Source of the DNA: Candidatus Multivoradales bacterium
GTDB taxonomy: Bacteria; Acidobacteriota; Thermoanaerobaculia; Multivoradales; JAHEKO01
Assembly: GCA_965223855.1 (NCBI GenBank)
Contig: CBDCXM010000003.1
Location: 1 to 64,000, forward strand
Direction of reading: 5' to 3'
Length of the DNA stretch: 64,000 nt
The position numbers and the translations under genes were made by a program. Shown here one piece after another: positions 17,937 through 28,225 of the stretch (positions are counted from its first letter, which is position 1; the number at the start of each line of letters is the position of its first letter). The notes beneath the pieces were generated by a model, which worked only from the letters and a program-made list of their open reading frames with translations, made no database searches and was not told the origin of the DNA.

Positions 17937-19109
17937 CTAGCTGTGGTAGTGCAGACTCTCTGCGAGGAACGGGTCGCGCACGGGGGTGAGTGAGTGCCGT
18001 TGGAGCCTCCGGTCGACGATCACCAGCACGGCCGAGAGGGAGATCAGCAGAGAGCCGGTCTCGGCCCACCCGAAAGAGGGCGCCTCACCCGTGACCGGCG
18101 GGTGGATCTGGATCATCAAGTCGAGCCAGTGGGCGACGAGGACGACGGCGCTGATCCGCGCGACGAGACTCGCATTCGACTTCGCCCGGCGGCTCACCAG
18201 ACCGAAGAACGGCACCACCCACTTGAGGACGACGAGAGCGACCATCAGCGGCCCCCACCCGAGGCGCAGCCGATCCGTGTAGTGGACAACCTCCTCCGAG
18301 ACGTTGGCGTACCAGATCAACATCGCCTGGCTGAACCAGATGTACATCCAGAAGGTCGCCATGGCGAAGAGGAGCTTGCTCAGGTCGTGCAGGTGAGATC
18401 CCGAGAGGCGCACTTCCTCCCGCGTGTCGAGCCGGCAGGCAACGAGAAGCAGCGCAGCGAGGCCGGCAACGAACAGGCCGGAGAACTGGTACACGCCCCA
18501 CATGGTGCTGAACCAATGGGGCTCGAGCACCTTGAGCCAGTCCACCGAGGCGAGTGTCAAGGCCACCGAGCCCGTGAGAAGAAAGGCGGCCGACCACGCT
18601 CGGTTGCGGCCGGTCAGGGCCGGGTCGCCCGTCTCGTCCTGCCTCAGCGAGTTTCTTCGGATTGCGAGCGCGAAGAGGCAGAAGACGGCGATGTAGATCG
18701 CCGTCCGCAGGAAGTAGAAGCCGGGGCTGAGCCACACACCCTTGAAACCCGCAAAGTGCTGGTCCGCCGCCATCCACGGGTAGAGGCCGCGACCCCCGCC
18801 GACGAGCGCGACCGCCACCATCACCGAACCGACGGGGACGAGGTCCATCATCGCCTCGGGTATGCGACGGAACGCCGTGGCCCATCCCGCGTTGGCCGCG
18901 TAGTGGATGGCCACGAAGTAGAGCCCCGCCAACCCGATTCCGAGCAGAAAAAAGCCGGTCAGGAGAAGATTGGCCCAGGTTCGGGCAGGGCTCTGCACAA
19001 AGCCGAGCGCCATGCACAGGAGGCCGAGAATCGCCCACGCACGGAGCCAGCTGTTGCTGCTCGAGCTATCGCTGCTCGAGGCGGAGGTCAGAGGGCGGTC
19101 GCTCCTCAT
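17937..19109 (-). CDS. actF: Alternative complex III subunit F
   Basis: About 10 TM; VDWLKVLEPHWFSTMWG, HLHDLSKLLFA and FWMYIWFSQAMLIWYAN motifs. Confidence 0.88.
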   Translation of the reverse strand: MRSDRPLTSASSSDSSSSNSWLRAWAILGLLCMALGFVQSPARTWANLLLTGFFLLGIGLAGLYFVAIHYAANAGWATAFRRIPEAMMDLVPVGSVMVAVALVGGGRGLYPWMAADQHFAGFKGVWLSPGFYFLRTAIYIAVFCLFALAIRRNSLRQDETGDPALTGRNRAWSAAFLLTGSVALTLASVDWLKVLEPHWFSTMWGVYQFSGLFVAGLAALLLVACRLDTREEVRLSGSHLHDLSKLLFAMATFWMYIWFSQAMLIWYANVSEEVVHYTDRLRLGWGPLMVALVVLKWVVPFFGLVSRRAKSNASLVARISAVVLVAHWLDLMIQIHPPVTGEAPSFGWAETGSLLISLSAVLVIVDRRLQRHSLTPVRDPFLAESLHYHS

Positions 19110-20314
19110 TCGAGAGTCTCCTCGCGGCCGGCAATGTTGCCGGGATCGGGATCGGCAGGTGCGCTCGCCTGGAGATGGCGAACCCAGAGGACAGCACGCC
19201 AGCGATCGACCGGGTCGAGCTGCGACCGATGGGCCGGCATGTTCCCCTGCCCCATGCTGATGACGTGGAAGAGCTGCCCGTCGGCCATCGATCTCGCCTC
19301 GGACGCGAGCAGCGACGGCGGCGCCGGAAAGCCACGGCCGGCCACCAACCCGTCCCCCAACCCACCCGCCCCGTGGCAGAGCTGACAGAACGCCGCGTAG
19401 ACCTCTCGGCCCCGGTCGACGTCTGTGTCGGATTCGAGAAGGAGAGGGTTGGTCAGGCGGGCGGCCGCTGTCGCCGCGCCTTCCGGACCCGGTTCCAGCC
19501 GGTACGCGACGGACTCCAGACTTGCCGTCGTCAGCGGATTCCGGCCCCTGGAGATCGTCCCGGCGGGGGGTGCCTGCAGTACCTGGCCGTTCGGCAGCGC
19601 GGTCGTCCCAGCGTAAGACTCTGCCGCCACGGGCTGGATCATCTCGGGCAGGAACTCGGTGCCCCGCTGCTCGCTCCTCGGGACGATCGCGAAGTTCAGG
19701 ACCACCAGCAGGGCAAACAGACCGGCGAGCAAGAGGTTCAGCCGGCCGCGCCGGCCTGCCGGATCATCACTCTCGATGCCTCGGCCCAACCTCGCTTCCG
19801 ACCGGCGCTCGAGGCGGCTTTCGACGGCACGGTGCCGGCGGGCGATCGCCTGAGCGACCTCCGCGTCGAAGTCCGGAGAACTCGCGCTCACCGTCAGCGC
19901 GAAGCGGTCCGAAGTCGTCCGGCTGCTGACCGCCGGAGGCCGCTTGCCCGGGAAGAGACGGCTCGCCACGAAGAAGGCGCCGACGGTCGACAGCCCCGCC
20001 ACCAGAACACCGATCTCGAACGTCACGGGGATGAAGGCCGGGATCGACGCCAACGGCTTGCCCCCGATGTTGAGCGGCCAGTCCACAGCCGAGACCCAGT
20101 ACTGGAAGTAGAGCCCCAGCGCGGCGGCGCTGAGGCCGACAATGCCGCAGAAGTAGCCGAGACGGCTCCGCCGGATGCCGGCGGCGTCGTCGAGGCCATG
20201 CACTGCGTAGGGAGTGAAGGCGTCCTCGATCTCGAAGCCGGAAGCGCGGTACTCACGGACCGCATCCAGGATGTCGTCCTGGTGCTCGAACTCGACGGTG
20301 AAGTGCCGCTTCAC
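19106..20314 (-). CDS. actDE: Fused ActD (DUF3341)-ActE (monoheme cytochrome c)
   Basis: [12 protein letters not shown] and GGKP...IPVTFE (ActD); [11 protein letters not shown] and CQLCH...GNMP (ActE) in one frame. Confidence 0.85.
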   Translation of the reverse strand: MKRHFTVEFEHQDDILDAVREYRASGFEIEDAFTPYAVHGLDDAAGIRRSRLGYFCGIVGLSAAALGLYFQYWVSAVDWPLNIGGKPLASIPAFIPVTFEIGVLVAGLSTVGAFFVASRLFPGKRPPAVSSRTTSDRFALTVSASSPDFDAEVAQAIARRHRAVESRLERRSEARLGRGIESDDPAGRRGRLNLLLAGLFALLVVLNFAIVPRSEQRGTEFLPEMIQPVAAESYAGTTALPNGQVLQAPPAGTISRGRNPLTTASLESVAYRLEPGPEGAATAAARLTNPLLLESDTDVDRGREVYAAFCQLCHGAGGLGDGLVAGRGFPAPPSLLASEARSMADGQLFHVISMGQGNMPAHRSQLDPVDRWRAVLWVRHLQASAPADPDPGNIAGREETLE

Positions 20315-21714
20315 GATCTCCCCTCCCGACGCCCACCTTCGGGAAGGACGGCCTTGACCTCCGCCATCGCGATCACCGGGAAGAAGCGGCAGAAGATGAG
20401 GAAGCAGGTGAAGAACAGGCCGAAGCTGCCGATGAGAGTGGCGATCTCGATCGAGGTCGGCGCGTAGTCGGCCCAGCTCGAGGGCAGGAAATCACGGTGG
20501 AGCGACGTGACGATGATCACGAAGCGCTCGAACCACATGCCGATGTTGATGAAGATCGTGGCGCAGAAGACGACGAGCAGGTTGCGCCGCATGCGACGGA
20601 ACCAGAAGAGCTGAGGCACGAGGACGTTGCACGAGACCATGATCCAGTAGGACCACGCCATCGGTCCGAGAGCGCGGTTGAGGAAGACGAATCGCTCGTA
20701 CTCGTTCCCCGAGTAGAGGGCGGTGAAGAACTCGGTCCCGTAGGCCAGCATGACGATGCCGGACGTCACGAGAACGAGCTTGGTCATCGCGTCGATGTGG
20801 TTGCGGGTCAGGTACTGCTCGAGGCGCATCGTTCGCCGGGCGATGATCATCAATGTCAGGACCATCGACATGCCGGAGAAGATCGCTCCCGCCACAAAGT
20901 AGGGCGGGAAGATCGTCGTGTGCCAGCCTGGCAGCACGGCGGTGGCGAAGTCGAAGCTGACGATCGAGTGCACCGAGAGGACCAGCGGCGTGGCCAGGCC
21001 GGCCAGCAGCAGGTAGACGAGTTCGTATCGGTGCCAATCCCTCAGCGAGCCGCTCCAGCCGAGACTCAGGTACGAGAACACCCGTTGACGCCAACCCCCG
21101 AGCCGGTCGCGCAGCGTCGCCATGTCCGGAATCAGGCCGAAGTACCAGAAGACGGCCGAAACGATGAAGTAGGTGCTGATGGCGAAGACGTCCCACAACA
21201 GGGGCGATCGGAAATTCACCCACAGAGAGCCGCGGAAGTTCGGATACGGGACCATCCAGAAGGCGAGCCACGGGCGTCCCATGTGGATGATCGGAAAGAT
21301 GCCGGCGCAGATCACCGCGAAGAGCGTCATCGCCTCGGCGGCCCGATTCACTCCGGTTCTCCACCGCTGGCGCAGCAGGAACAGCACCGCAGAGATCAAG
21401 GTGCCGGCATGCCCGATGCCGACCCAGAACACGAAGTTGGTGATGTCGAAGGCCCAGCCGACCGTCTTGTTGAGTCCCCAGGTTCCGATGCCGACCCGGA
21501 TCTGGTAGGTCACTGCCACCACGCCGAGAAACAGCATCGAGGATGACAGTGCCAGGGCGACCCACCACAGCGCGCTCGGCCTGGCCTCGATCGAACGGCT
21601 GATGTCTTCGGTGACCTCGGCCAGGGACTTGTCACCCTCGACGAGCGCCGGTCGCGTGCCGACGTCGGGCCGTGCCAGCTCGGCGGGGGCCGCCTCAGGC
21701 ATGGTGGGGCTCAT
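20311..21714 (-). CDS. actC: Alternative complex III subunit C (NrfD/PsrC family)
   Basis: [51 protein letters not shown]. Start taken at ATG 21714. Confidence 0.92.
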   Translation of the reverse strand: MSPTMPEAAPAELARPDVGTRPALVEGDKSLAEVTEDISRSIEARPSALWWVALALSSSMLFLGVVAVTYQIRVGIGTWGLNKTVGWAFDITNFVFWVGIGHAGTLISAVLFLLRQRWRTGVNRAAEAMTLFAVICAGIFPIIHMGRPWLAFWMVPYPNFRGSLWVNFRSPLLWDVFAISTYFIVSAVFWYFGLIPDMATLRDRLGGWRQRVFSYLSLGWSGSLRDWHRYELVYLLLAGLATPLVLSVHSIVSFDFATAVLPGWHTTIFPPYFVAGAIFSGMSMVLTLMIIARRTMRLEQYLTRNHIDAMTKLVLVTSGIVMLAYGTEFFTALYSGNEYERFVFLNRALGPMAWSYWIMVSCNVLVPQLFWFRRMRRNLLVVFCATIFINIGMWFERFVIIVTSLHRDFLPSSWADYAPTSIEIATLIGSFGLFFTCFLIFCRFFPVIAMAEVKAVLPEGGRREGRS

Positions 21715-24700
21715 GTTCTTCCTCGTCGCGATTGCGGACCACACGCAGGTAGCCGACGGAGGGGAGGATGTTGAGTTCCTCGAAGATCCGGTAGTGTCGC
21801 TGGGAGCGCAGCGCCTTCGAGATCCGGCTTTCGGGATCGGTCGTGTCGCCGAAAACGATGGCGTCCGCGGGGCACGACTGCTCGCACGCCGTCTGGAAGT
21901 CGCCGTCCTCGAGTTCCCGGCCCGCACCGGCCGCTTCGATCTTGGCGCCCTCGATCCGCTGCGCACAGAACGAGCACTTCTCCATCACACCGCGTGATCG
22001 CACCGTGACGTCGGGATTGAGGACGAGCCGCTCCTCCGCATCGGGCCGCGGATACTCGAACCAGTTGAAGCGCCGCACCTTGTACGGGCAGTTGTTCGCG
22101 CAGTAGCGCGTCCCGACGCAGCGGTTGTAGACCTGCTGGTTCAGCCCCTCTTCGCTATGGACGGTCGCCGCAACGGGGCAGACGCTCTCGCATGGGGCGT
22201 TGTCACAGTGGTGGCAAAGCATCGGCTGGTGGAAGACATCGACCCCGTCATCGCGGTGTGAGTAGTAGCGGTCGATCCGCATCCAGTGAAGATCGCGGCG
22301 ACGTCGCACCTCGTCGCGCCCGACGACCGGGATGTTGTTCTCCACCTGACAGGCAATTACGCAGCCCGAGCAGCCGGTGCAGGCCGACAGATCGATCGCC
22401 ATCGCCCAGTGATGTTCACCCTCGGGGTACTCGGACCACAGGTTTCCGTCGAAGTGGTGGCCGTGTGGCTTACCGGCGCTCCGGTCGCGCAGAAAGGCGG
22501 GCAGGACCGTCTCCTGGATCATCGGCCGGCGCTCGCCACCTGCAGGCCTGAACCGTTCCGGAACCTCGAGATCGCCGTAGGTCTGCGAGAAGGCGAGCGG
22601 CTCCCGCCTCCCGGTCGGCCGAATGGAGACCGACTGCCCGTCGGGTCGCAAGTGCCCGTCGTCCCAGCGGAGCCAGTCGTTCGCTCGGCGACCGACGGTG
22701 CCCCCCCGGGCGACGGTCGGCCTTGCCTCCAGCCAGTCGGGACCGACGCCGTGAAACCGGTCGGTCCCTTCACGGCCGTAGCCGAGGGCGACCGCGACGA
22801 CCCCCGGATGTTGCCCCGGTTGCAGATGCGCCGGAAGCTCCAAAGCAACGCCTGCGGCCGAGAGCTCTACCAGATCGCCGTCCTCGACACCGAGCGCGTC
22901 GGCGGTCTCCGGAGCCAGGCTCGCGTAGTTGTCCCACGAAACCTTGGTGATCGGGTCCGGGAGTTCCTGCAGCCAGGCGTTGTGAGCGTGGCTGCCGTCG
23001 AGCATCCCGACCTTCGGATAGAGCAGCAGTGTCGTCGCCACCGGCTGCGGCCTGGCGACCGGCGCAAGCACCCCTTCGAGCGCCGCGAAGTCGAACGGCC
23101 GGAGCTGCGGCGCCCCGGCCTCGACGTCGATCTGACCTCGTCGGACGGCCTCCTCCCAGTTTGCGTCGACTCCGGCGCCCGCCCTAGGCGCCACTTGCGC
23201 CGCCCACACTTCGCAAACCCACTCGAGGCTGGTGGCCGGATGACCCGCCCAAGCGGCGAGCGAGGAGGCGAACGCCCTTGTGTTTCCTCGCGAGTTGATC
23301 AGCGGCTGGGTGACACTCAGGTGGCCGGCGACCGGTTCAGCAATCCGCCAGTCCTCGAGAAAGTGAGGCTCGGGGCACACCCCGCCGACGGCGCCGGCGG
23401 TCTCGTCGACCGAGCGTGCGAAGGAGACCGTCAGCGCCGTCTGTGCGAGCCACCCTTTCCACCGTTCGCCCGTGGGCAGGTCGTAGACCGGATTGACACC
23501 GCGGATCAGGAGGACCTCGACCGCTCCGGCCTCGAGCTCTCGCTCCAGCCCCGCGAGGGCGGCATCGTCGCCGCGTCGCTGGTACGAAGGACGCTCCAGC
23601 GAGAGGGTCGCCCCGTAGTTGCCAAGCAACTCATTGACGAGGCAGCACAGCAGCTGAGCTCGCAGGCTCTGGCTGCCACTGACGACCAGAGATTCGCCAC
23701 GCGCGTCCCACAGACGGTCGGCCAACCTCGCGATCCACTCGGGGCGATTCCCCGAGGGCCTCAGAGCAGCGGCCGCTCGAGGACTCCGATCCGAGCGATC
23801 GGCGACCAGAGCCGCCAGCTCTCTGAGAGCCCATGCCGTCTCCTCTGGATGCAGGAGGACGCGTTCGTCGGCGTTGCTTCCAGTGAGCGAGAGGCGAGCC
23901 TCCGCCTGAAGATGGAAGGAGAGGTCGGGCGCCTCCCCTTCCAGCGAGCGTCCGCTGCCGTACGCGGCGGTGAACTCGACCGGAGAGATCCAGGTGCCCA
24001 GGAAGTCGGCATCGAAGCCGGCGATCACCCGTGCTCGGGCGAAGTCGAGCCGCGGCAGTGTGCGGATTCCGAAGACGGCATCGTGCGCATCGAGCATCGC
24101 CGCACTCGACAGCGGGTCGTACATCACGTGTCGGAAGTCGGTGAACGCTGCAGCAAACCGTTCGATCGCAGCGAGGTCGCTCGGGCTGTGGAGGCTCCCG
24201 GTCAACAGCCGCACGGGCAGCCCCTGCTCGGCCGCTCGCTGCAGCACCACGCCAATCTCGGCGTCGACGGTCGACCAGTCGCTCGACTCCCCGTGCCAGA
24301 TAGGGGATCGCGCAGCTCGAGAGTCGTAGAGCTCCAGCAGGCTCGCCTGACCGACGGCGCACAGACCGCCGCGACTCAAGGGATGCAGGTCGTTCCCCTC
24401 GAGTTTGATCGGCCGCCCGTCACGGCTCTTGCCGAGGACGCCGCACCCCGCCGTACAGGCAGCGCACGTCGAGGCATACCAGGTCGCCGTGCCGGGTACG
24501 CTCTCGGGGTCCGCATGAAGCAGTGGTACGGCGTGCTCCAACGGGCTCCTGCTGCAACCGGTCGCGAATGCCAGGGCGAAGCCGCTCGCCTTGAGGAAGT
24601 CGCGACGATCGAGCGCCAGCCTGGCTCGGACGTCAAGCGCCGATGGACCCCCATCCGTCCGATCCCCGGACGCACTTTCGCCCGGAGACATGAAGTAGAG

Positions 24701-24721
24701 CGGCGGCTTCTTCTGACTCAT
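21695..24721 (-). CDS. actB: Alternative complex III subunit B (Tat-exported molybdopterin-oxidoreductase-like plus Fe-S domain)
   Basis: Tat motif DRRDFLK. C-terminal [42 protein letters not shown]...CEQSCP; WMRIDRYY. Confidence 0.92.
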   Translation of the reverse strand: MSQKKPPLYFMSPGESASGDRTDGGPSALDVRARLALDRRDFLKASGFALAFATGCSRSPLEHAVPLLHADPESVPGTATWYASTCAACTAGCGVLGKSRDGRPIKLEGNDLHPLSRGGLCAVGQASLLELYDSRAARSPIWHGESSDWSTVDAEIGVVLQRAAEQGLPVRLLTGSLHSPSDLAAIERFAAAFTDFRHVMYDPLSSAAMLDAHDAVFGIRTLPRLDFARARVIAGFDADFLGTWISPVEFTAAYGSGRSLEGEAPDLSFHLQAEARLSLTGSNADERVLLHPEETAWALRELAALVADRSDRSPRAAAALRPSGNRPEWIARLADRLWDARGESLVVSGSQSLRAQLLCCLVNELLGNYGATLSLERPSYQRRGDDAALAGLERELEAGAVEVLLIRGVNPVYDLPTGERWKGWLAQTALTVSFARSVDETAGAVGGVCPEPHFLEDWRIAEPVAGHLSVTQPLINSRGNTRAFASSLAAWAGHPATSLEWVCEVWAAQVAPRAGAGVDANWEEAVRRGQIDVEAGAPQLRPFDFAALEGVLAPVARPQPVATTLLLYPKVGMLDGSHAHNAWLQELPDPITKVSWDNYASLAPETADALGVEDGDLVELSAAGVALELPAHLQPGQHPGVVAVALGYGREGTDRFHGVGPDWLEARPTVARGGTVGRRANDWLRWDDGHLRPDGQSVSIRPTGRREPLAFSQTYGDLEVPERFRPAGGERRPMIQETVLPAFLRDRSAGKPHGHHFDGNLWSEYPEGEHHWAMAIDLSACTGCSGCVIACQVENNIPVVGRDEVRRRRDLHWMRIDRYYSHRDDGVDVFHQPMLCHHCDNAPCESVCPVAATVHSEEGLNQQVYNRCVGTRYCANNCPYKVRRFNWFEYPRPDAEERLVLNPDVTVRSRGVMEKCSFCAQRIEGAKIEAAGAGRELEDGDFQTACEQSCPADAIVFGDTTDPESRISKALRSQRHYRIFEELNILPSVGYLRVVRNRDEEEHEPHHA

Positions 24722-24728
24722 AGATTCC

Positions 24729-25382
24729 TCAGTAGTGGCAAGCGACGCAGTCCGTGGAAGCTGAGGGATCGGCGGCCCTGCCGGCCCTCCCGTGCGGATC
24801 CCGGTGGCAGCTCACGCACCAGCCCATGGACAGGTCCTCGACCTGGCGGACCCGCTCCATCGTCTCCACCGGGCCATGGCACTTCTGGCACTGCACCCCC
24901 GCCGCGACGTGGGGGCGATGATCGAAGGCGACGAAGTCGGGCACCCGGTACACACGGGCCCAGCGCACAGGGGTGGGTTCGGCGGAGGGGTCGGGTTCGA
25001 GATCGTCCCCCAGCCCCAACGCCGCATAGAGCTTGCTCAGCTCGGGCGACACGACCCTCTCAGGGGTCCTACCCTGCTCCTCGGCGGCGAGCTCTTCGGC
25101 CCGGATCTGTGAGCGCGAGGCCGTGATGAACTGGTGACAGTTCATGCAGACGCTGGCGGACGGGATTCCGGCCATCGGACTTCTGGTGACACCCGAGTGG
25201 CAGTACCGGCACTCGATCCCCAGCTCGCCGGCGTGCAGGCGATGCGAGTAGGCGATCGGCTGTTCGGGCTCGAAGCCCGAGTGGTTGCCGGGGAGTCGCA
25301 CTTCGCCGAGCCTGGGCACCAGTGCCAGGCTCGCCAGGGCGATGCCCACCAGAAGCAGCAGGGTCCAGACTCGTGAGCGCAT
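24729..25382 (-). CDS. actA: Alternative complex III pentaheme cytochrome c subunit A
   Basis: N-terminal TM; PEQPIAYSHRLHAG; five CxxCH (CRYCH, CMNCH, CQKCH, CVSCH, CVACH). Confidence 0.92.
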   Translation of the reverse strand: MRSRVWTLLLLVGIALASLALVPRLGEVRLPGNHSGFEPEQPIAYSHRLHAGELGIECRYCHSGVTRSPMAGIPSASVCMNCHQFITASRSQIRAEELAAEEQGRTPERVVSPELSKLYAALGLGDDLEPDPSAEPTPVRWARVYRVPDFVAFDHRPHVAAGVQCQKCHGPVETMERVRQVEDLSMGWCVSCHRDPHGRAGRAADPSASTDCVACHY

Positions 25383-25400
25383 CCGTGACTCGTCCGGGCC

Positions 25401-26111
25401 TCAGCGCAACGACCGGGCTGTTCTGGGGTCACGGTTCCAGCGCACGACCTGACGCTTGCGCCACAGGTACTGGTTGGGCACCACGAGCACGTGAACCAGA
25501 CGAGTGAACGGGAAGAACCCGATGAGGACCCAGGCGTTGAGGATGTGCAGCTTCACCGCCCAGGGCATCGCTTCGATCCAGGTGACATCGGGATTGAGCT
25601 TGACCAGCGACCACAGGTACGGCGCCGCGGACGAGGCGAACCACGAAGATCCCCAGGGATGGAAGACTGCGATGTAGACGCCCGACGCCACCTGAGTGAC
25701 GAGCAACAGGTACAGCATCTTGTCGGCCCGTGAGGTGACGACGCGGAGCTTGGAGCTGTTGGCGCGACGCGACAGGATCGCCAGCAGTCCGACCAGAGAG
25801 ACGATGCCCGCGACCAGTGCCGAGCCTTCGAGAATGTAGAGGCGCAACGGCTTCGCGTTCCAGGCGAGGATGCTTCGCGGTACGAGGAAGGCGACGATGT
25901 GTCCCGCGAGAACGGTGAGGATCCCGTAGTGGAACGGCACCATCCCCCAGAAGTGCTGCCGGTTCTCGAGGAACTGCGACGACAGGCTCGAGTAGGTGAA
26001 GCTCTGAGCCCGGTAGCGGTAGACGGTGCCGAGGAAGAACAGCACGATCGCCACGAACGGCAAGGCCGCGAAGAGAAGCTGATCGAGATAACGCGCAACC
26101 TCCGTGTTCAT
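25401..26111 (-). CDS. narI: Respiratory nitrate reductase gamma subunit (cytochrome b)
   Basis: SSLSSQFLE, PFHYGIL..LAGH, KLHI, FPFTRLVH; the four heme b histidines are present. Confidence 0.93.
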   Translation of the reverse strand: MNTEVARYLDQLLFAALPFVAIVLFFLGTVYRYRAQSFTYSSLSSQFLENRQHFWGMVPFHYGILTVLAGHIVAFLVPRSILAWNAKPLRLYILEGSALVAGIVSLVGLLAILSRRANSSKLRVVTSRADKMLYLLLVTQVASGVYIAVFHPWGSSWFASSAAPYLWSLVKLNPDVTWIEAMPWAVKLHILNAWVLIGFFPFTRLVHVLVVPNQYLWRKRQVVRWNRDPRTARSLR

Positions 26112-26710
26112 GGTGCTGACCTCGCTGGGTTGGGCTTCCTGTTGCCGCCGAGCTGGACCAGATCAGGGCGACGCTGGATCTGCGCGATCGGCAGCTCGCC
26201 GGCTTCGTCCTCGGCCAGGCGCGTAGCAGCCGAGACCAGCCCCCCGAAGGGGCTGTCGCTGTCCTCGAAGGCGGTTCTCATCTCGCGCAGTGCGGGAACC
26301 AGAAAGCGGGCGGCGAACGGCTGCCGATCGACCGGCTCGAGACGCCCGGTCGCCTCGAGCATCAGACTCAGATGGTCCGGTAGCTCGCCGTCCTCCGCGA
26401 TCGACAGATGCTGCAGCAGACTGCGGGTCCGAACGAGGAACCGCCCGCGCTCGTACTGCTCTCCGTAGAGGTGCCAGCCGATTTCGAGGGCGCAGATCGG
26501 GTTCATATCGAAGGTCCGGGTGTAGAGCTCCTCGATCTCCCAGGGCTCCTTATCCGTCAGCGGCCCCTCGACGGCGCGGAGGTCCTCGGCTGCCTCGGGT
26601 GAGGCCTCTTCGACCTCGGGAAGACAGGCCTGGAGGCGGGCGAGATACCCGGCACCCGGGTAGGTGAAGAGCCGGCCGAGACCGGCCCAGAGCTCGGGTG
26701 TGCGGCTCAC
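26108..26710 (-). CDS. narJ: Nitrate reductase molybdenum cofactor chaperone
   Basis: ELYTRTFD...YGEQYERG...ELPDHL; GTG start overlaps the narH stop. Confidence 0.88.
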   Translation of the reverse strand: MSRTPELWAGLGRLFTYPGAGYLARLQACLPEVEEASPEAAEDLRAVEGPLTDKEPWEIEELYTRTFDMNPICALEIGWHLYGEQYERGRFLVRTRSLLQHLSIAEDGELPDHLSLMLEATGRLEPVDRQPFAARFLVPALREMRTAFEDSDSPFGGLVSAATRLAEDEAGELPIAQIQRRPDLVQLGGNRKPNPARSAP

Positions 26711-28197
26711 AGCCCCCTCCTCGGCCCCTCGTTGAAGCCGAAGCCGACGCTCTGCCGATGGCCGTGCGGCTCCTCCATCATCTCGATCGCCTCTTCGCGA
26801 TGCATCGGCGGGATGACGAAGCGCTCCTCGAAGGTGCACAGCGCCGTCAAACGGTAGATGGCGTCGGCTTGCTCAGGGGTGCAATCCGCCTCTTCGAGGG
26901 CGCGCGCCGCCGTCTTGTCGTCGACATCGCCGACGGTCAGGGCACGGCGGTGCAACCGGATCGCTTTCTGCTTGCGCAGCGCATAGCGCACGACCCCTTC
27001 GTTGCCCGAGCCGAGAAGGCGCGCGAGGTACTCGATCGGCACCCGCGACTGGTCGATGTCGTGGAAGAGATTGCCGCTCAGATGGTAGACGCTGTCGCCG
27101 TCCTTGCCTGCCATGACCGGCGAGAGCGGCGGTACGTAGAAGAGCATCGGCAGAGTCCGGTACTCGAGATGCGGGGGCAGAGCGATCCCCCACTCCTTGA
27201 CGAACTTGTAGACCGGCGACTTCTGCGCCGACTCGATGACGTCGTCACCGAGCCCGTTGGCCTTCGCTTCGGCGATCACCTTCGGGTCGAAGGGGTCGAG
27301 GATCATGTTGCGGTGTCCATCGATCAGCTCGTCGTCCGGCAGCTCGGCGACGCGCTCGATCTGCTCCGCGTCGTAGAGAAGGACTCCCAGGTATCGAATC
27401 CGCCCCACGCAGGAGTGGAAGCAAGCGGGCGCCTGGCCGGTCTCGAGCCGCGGGTAACAGAGGATGCACTTCTCCGACTTGCCCGAGTGCCAGTTGTAGT
27501 ACGTCTTCTTGTAGGGGCATGCGGCGATGCACGAGCGCCACGCGCGGCACCGCTTCTGATCGATGAGTACGATCCCGTCCTCACCGCGCTTGTAGAGAGC
27601 CCCGGACGGGCAGGAGGCGACGCAGGACGGGTTGAGGCAGTGGTTGCAGATCCTGGGCAGGTAGAAGAACACGAGCCGCTCGACGGAGGAGAGTTCCTCG
27701 CGCTGTTTCGGAGTCAGGGCCTCGAGGTTCGGGTCGCTGGCCGCGTAGACTTCAGAGCCGCCGAGGTCGTCGTCCCAGTTCGGGCCCGCCTCCACCTCCA
27801 TGTACTCCCCGGTGACTCGCGAGACGGGCCGCGCGACCGGCTGGTCGTCGCCCTCCGGGGCGTTGAACAGCTCCTTGTAGTCGTAGGTCCACGGCTCGTA
27901 GTAGTCGTCCATGCTCGGTTGGTGAGGGTTGTGGAAGATGTTGCCGACCAGCTTCGCGTTGCTGGTCGACTTCAACTTCACCTCCCCGTCCTCGATCTCC
28001 CATCCGCCCTGGTACGCCTCCTGGTTCTCCCACGCCGTCGGGTATCCGGTGCCCGGCTTGGTCTCCACGTTGTTCCACCACATGTAGTCCGTGCCCGGCC
28101 GGTCCGTCCAGACGTTCTTGCAGGCGATCGAGCAGGTGTGGCAGCCGATGCATTTATCCAGGTGGAACACCATCGAAACTTGAGATCTCACATCCAT
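26707..28197 (-). CDS. narH: Respiratory nitrate reductase beta subunit
   Basis: LDKCIGCHTCSIACKNVW, YLPRICNHCLNPSCVASCPSGA, CRAWRSCIAACPYKK. Confidence 0.96.
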   Translation of the reverse strand: MDVRSQVSMVFHLDKCIGCHTCSIACKNVWTDRPGTDYMWWNNVETKPGTGYPTAWENQEAYQGGWEIEDGEVKLKSTSNAKLVGNIFHNPHQPSMDDYYEPWTYDYKELFNAPEGDDQPVARPVSRVTGEYMEVEAGPNWDDDLGGSEVYAASDPNLEALTPKQREELSSVERLVFFYLPRICNHCLNPSCVASCPSGALYKRGEDGIVLIDQKRCRAWRSCIAACPYKKTYYNWHSGKSEKCILCYPRLETGQAPACFHSCVGRIRYLGVLLYDAEQIERVAELPDDELIDGHRNMILDPFDPKVIAEAKANGLGDDVIESAQKSPVYKFVKEWGIALPPHLEYRTLPMLFYVPPLSPVMAGKDGDSVYHLSGNLFHDIDQSRVPIEYLARLLGSGNEGVVRYALRKQKAIRLHRRALTVGDVDDKTAARALEEADCTPEQADAIYRLTALCTFEERFVIPPMHREEAIEMMEEPHGHRQSVGFGFNEGPRRGL

Positions 28198-28225
28198 CGC
28201 CGTGTCTCCTCGTCGCTCGTTTCGA

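Noticed and set aside
21695-24721. Polysulfide reductase, Nrf or Qrc instead of ACIII
   Set aside because: ActD-, ActE- and ActF-like genes and the fused B1-B2 architecture fit ACIII.
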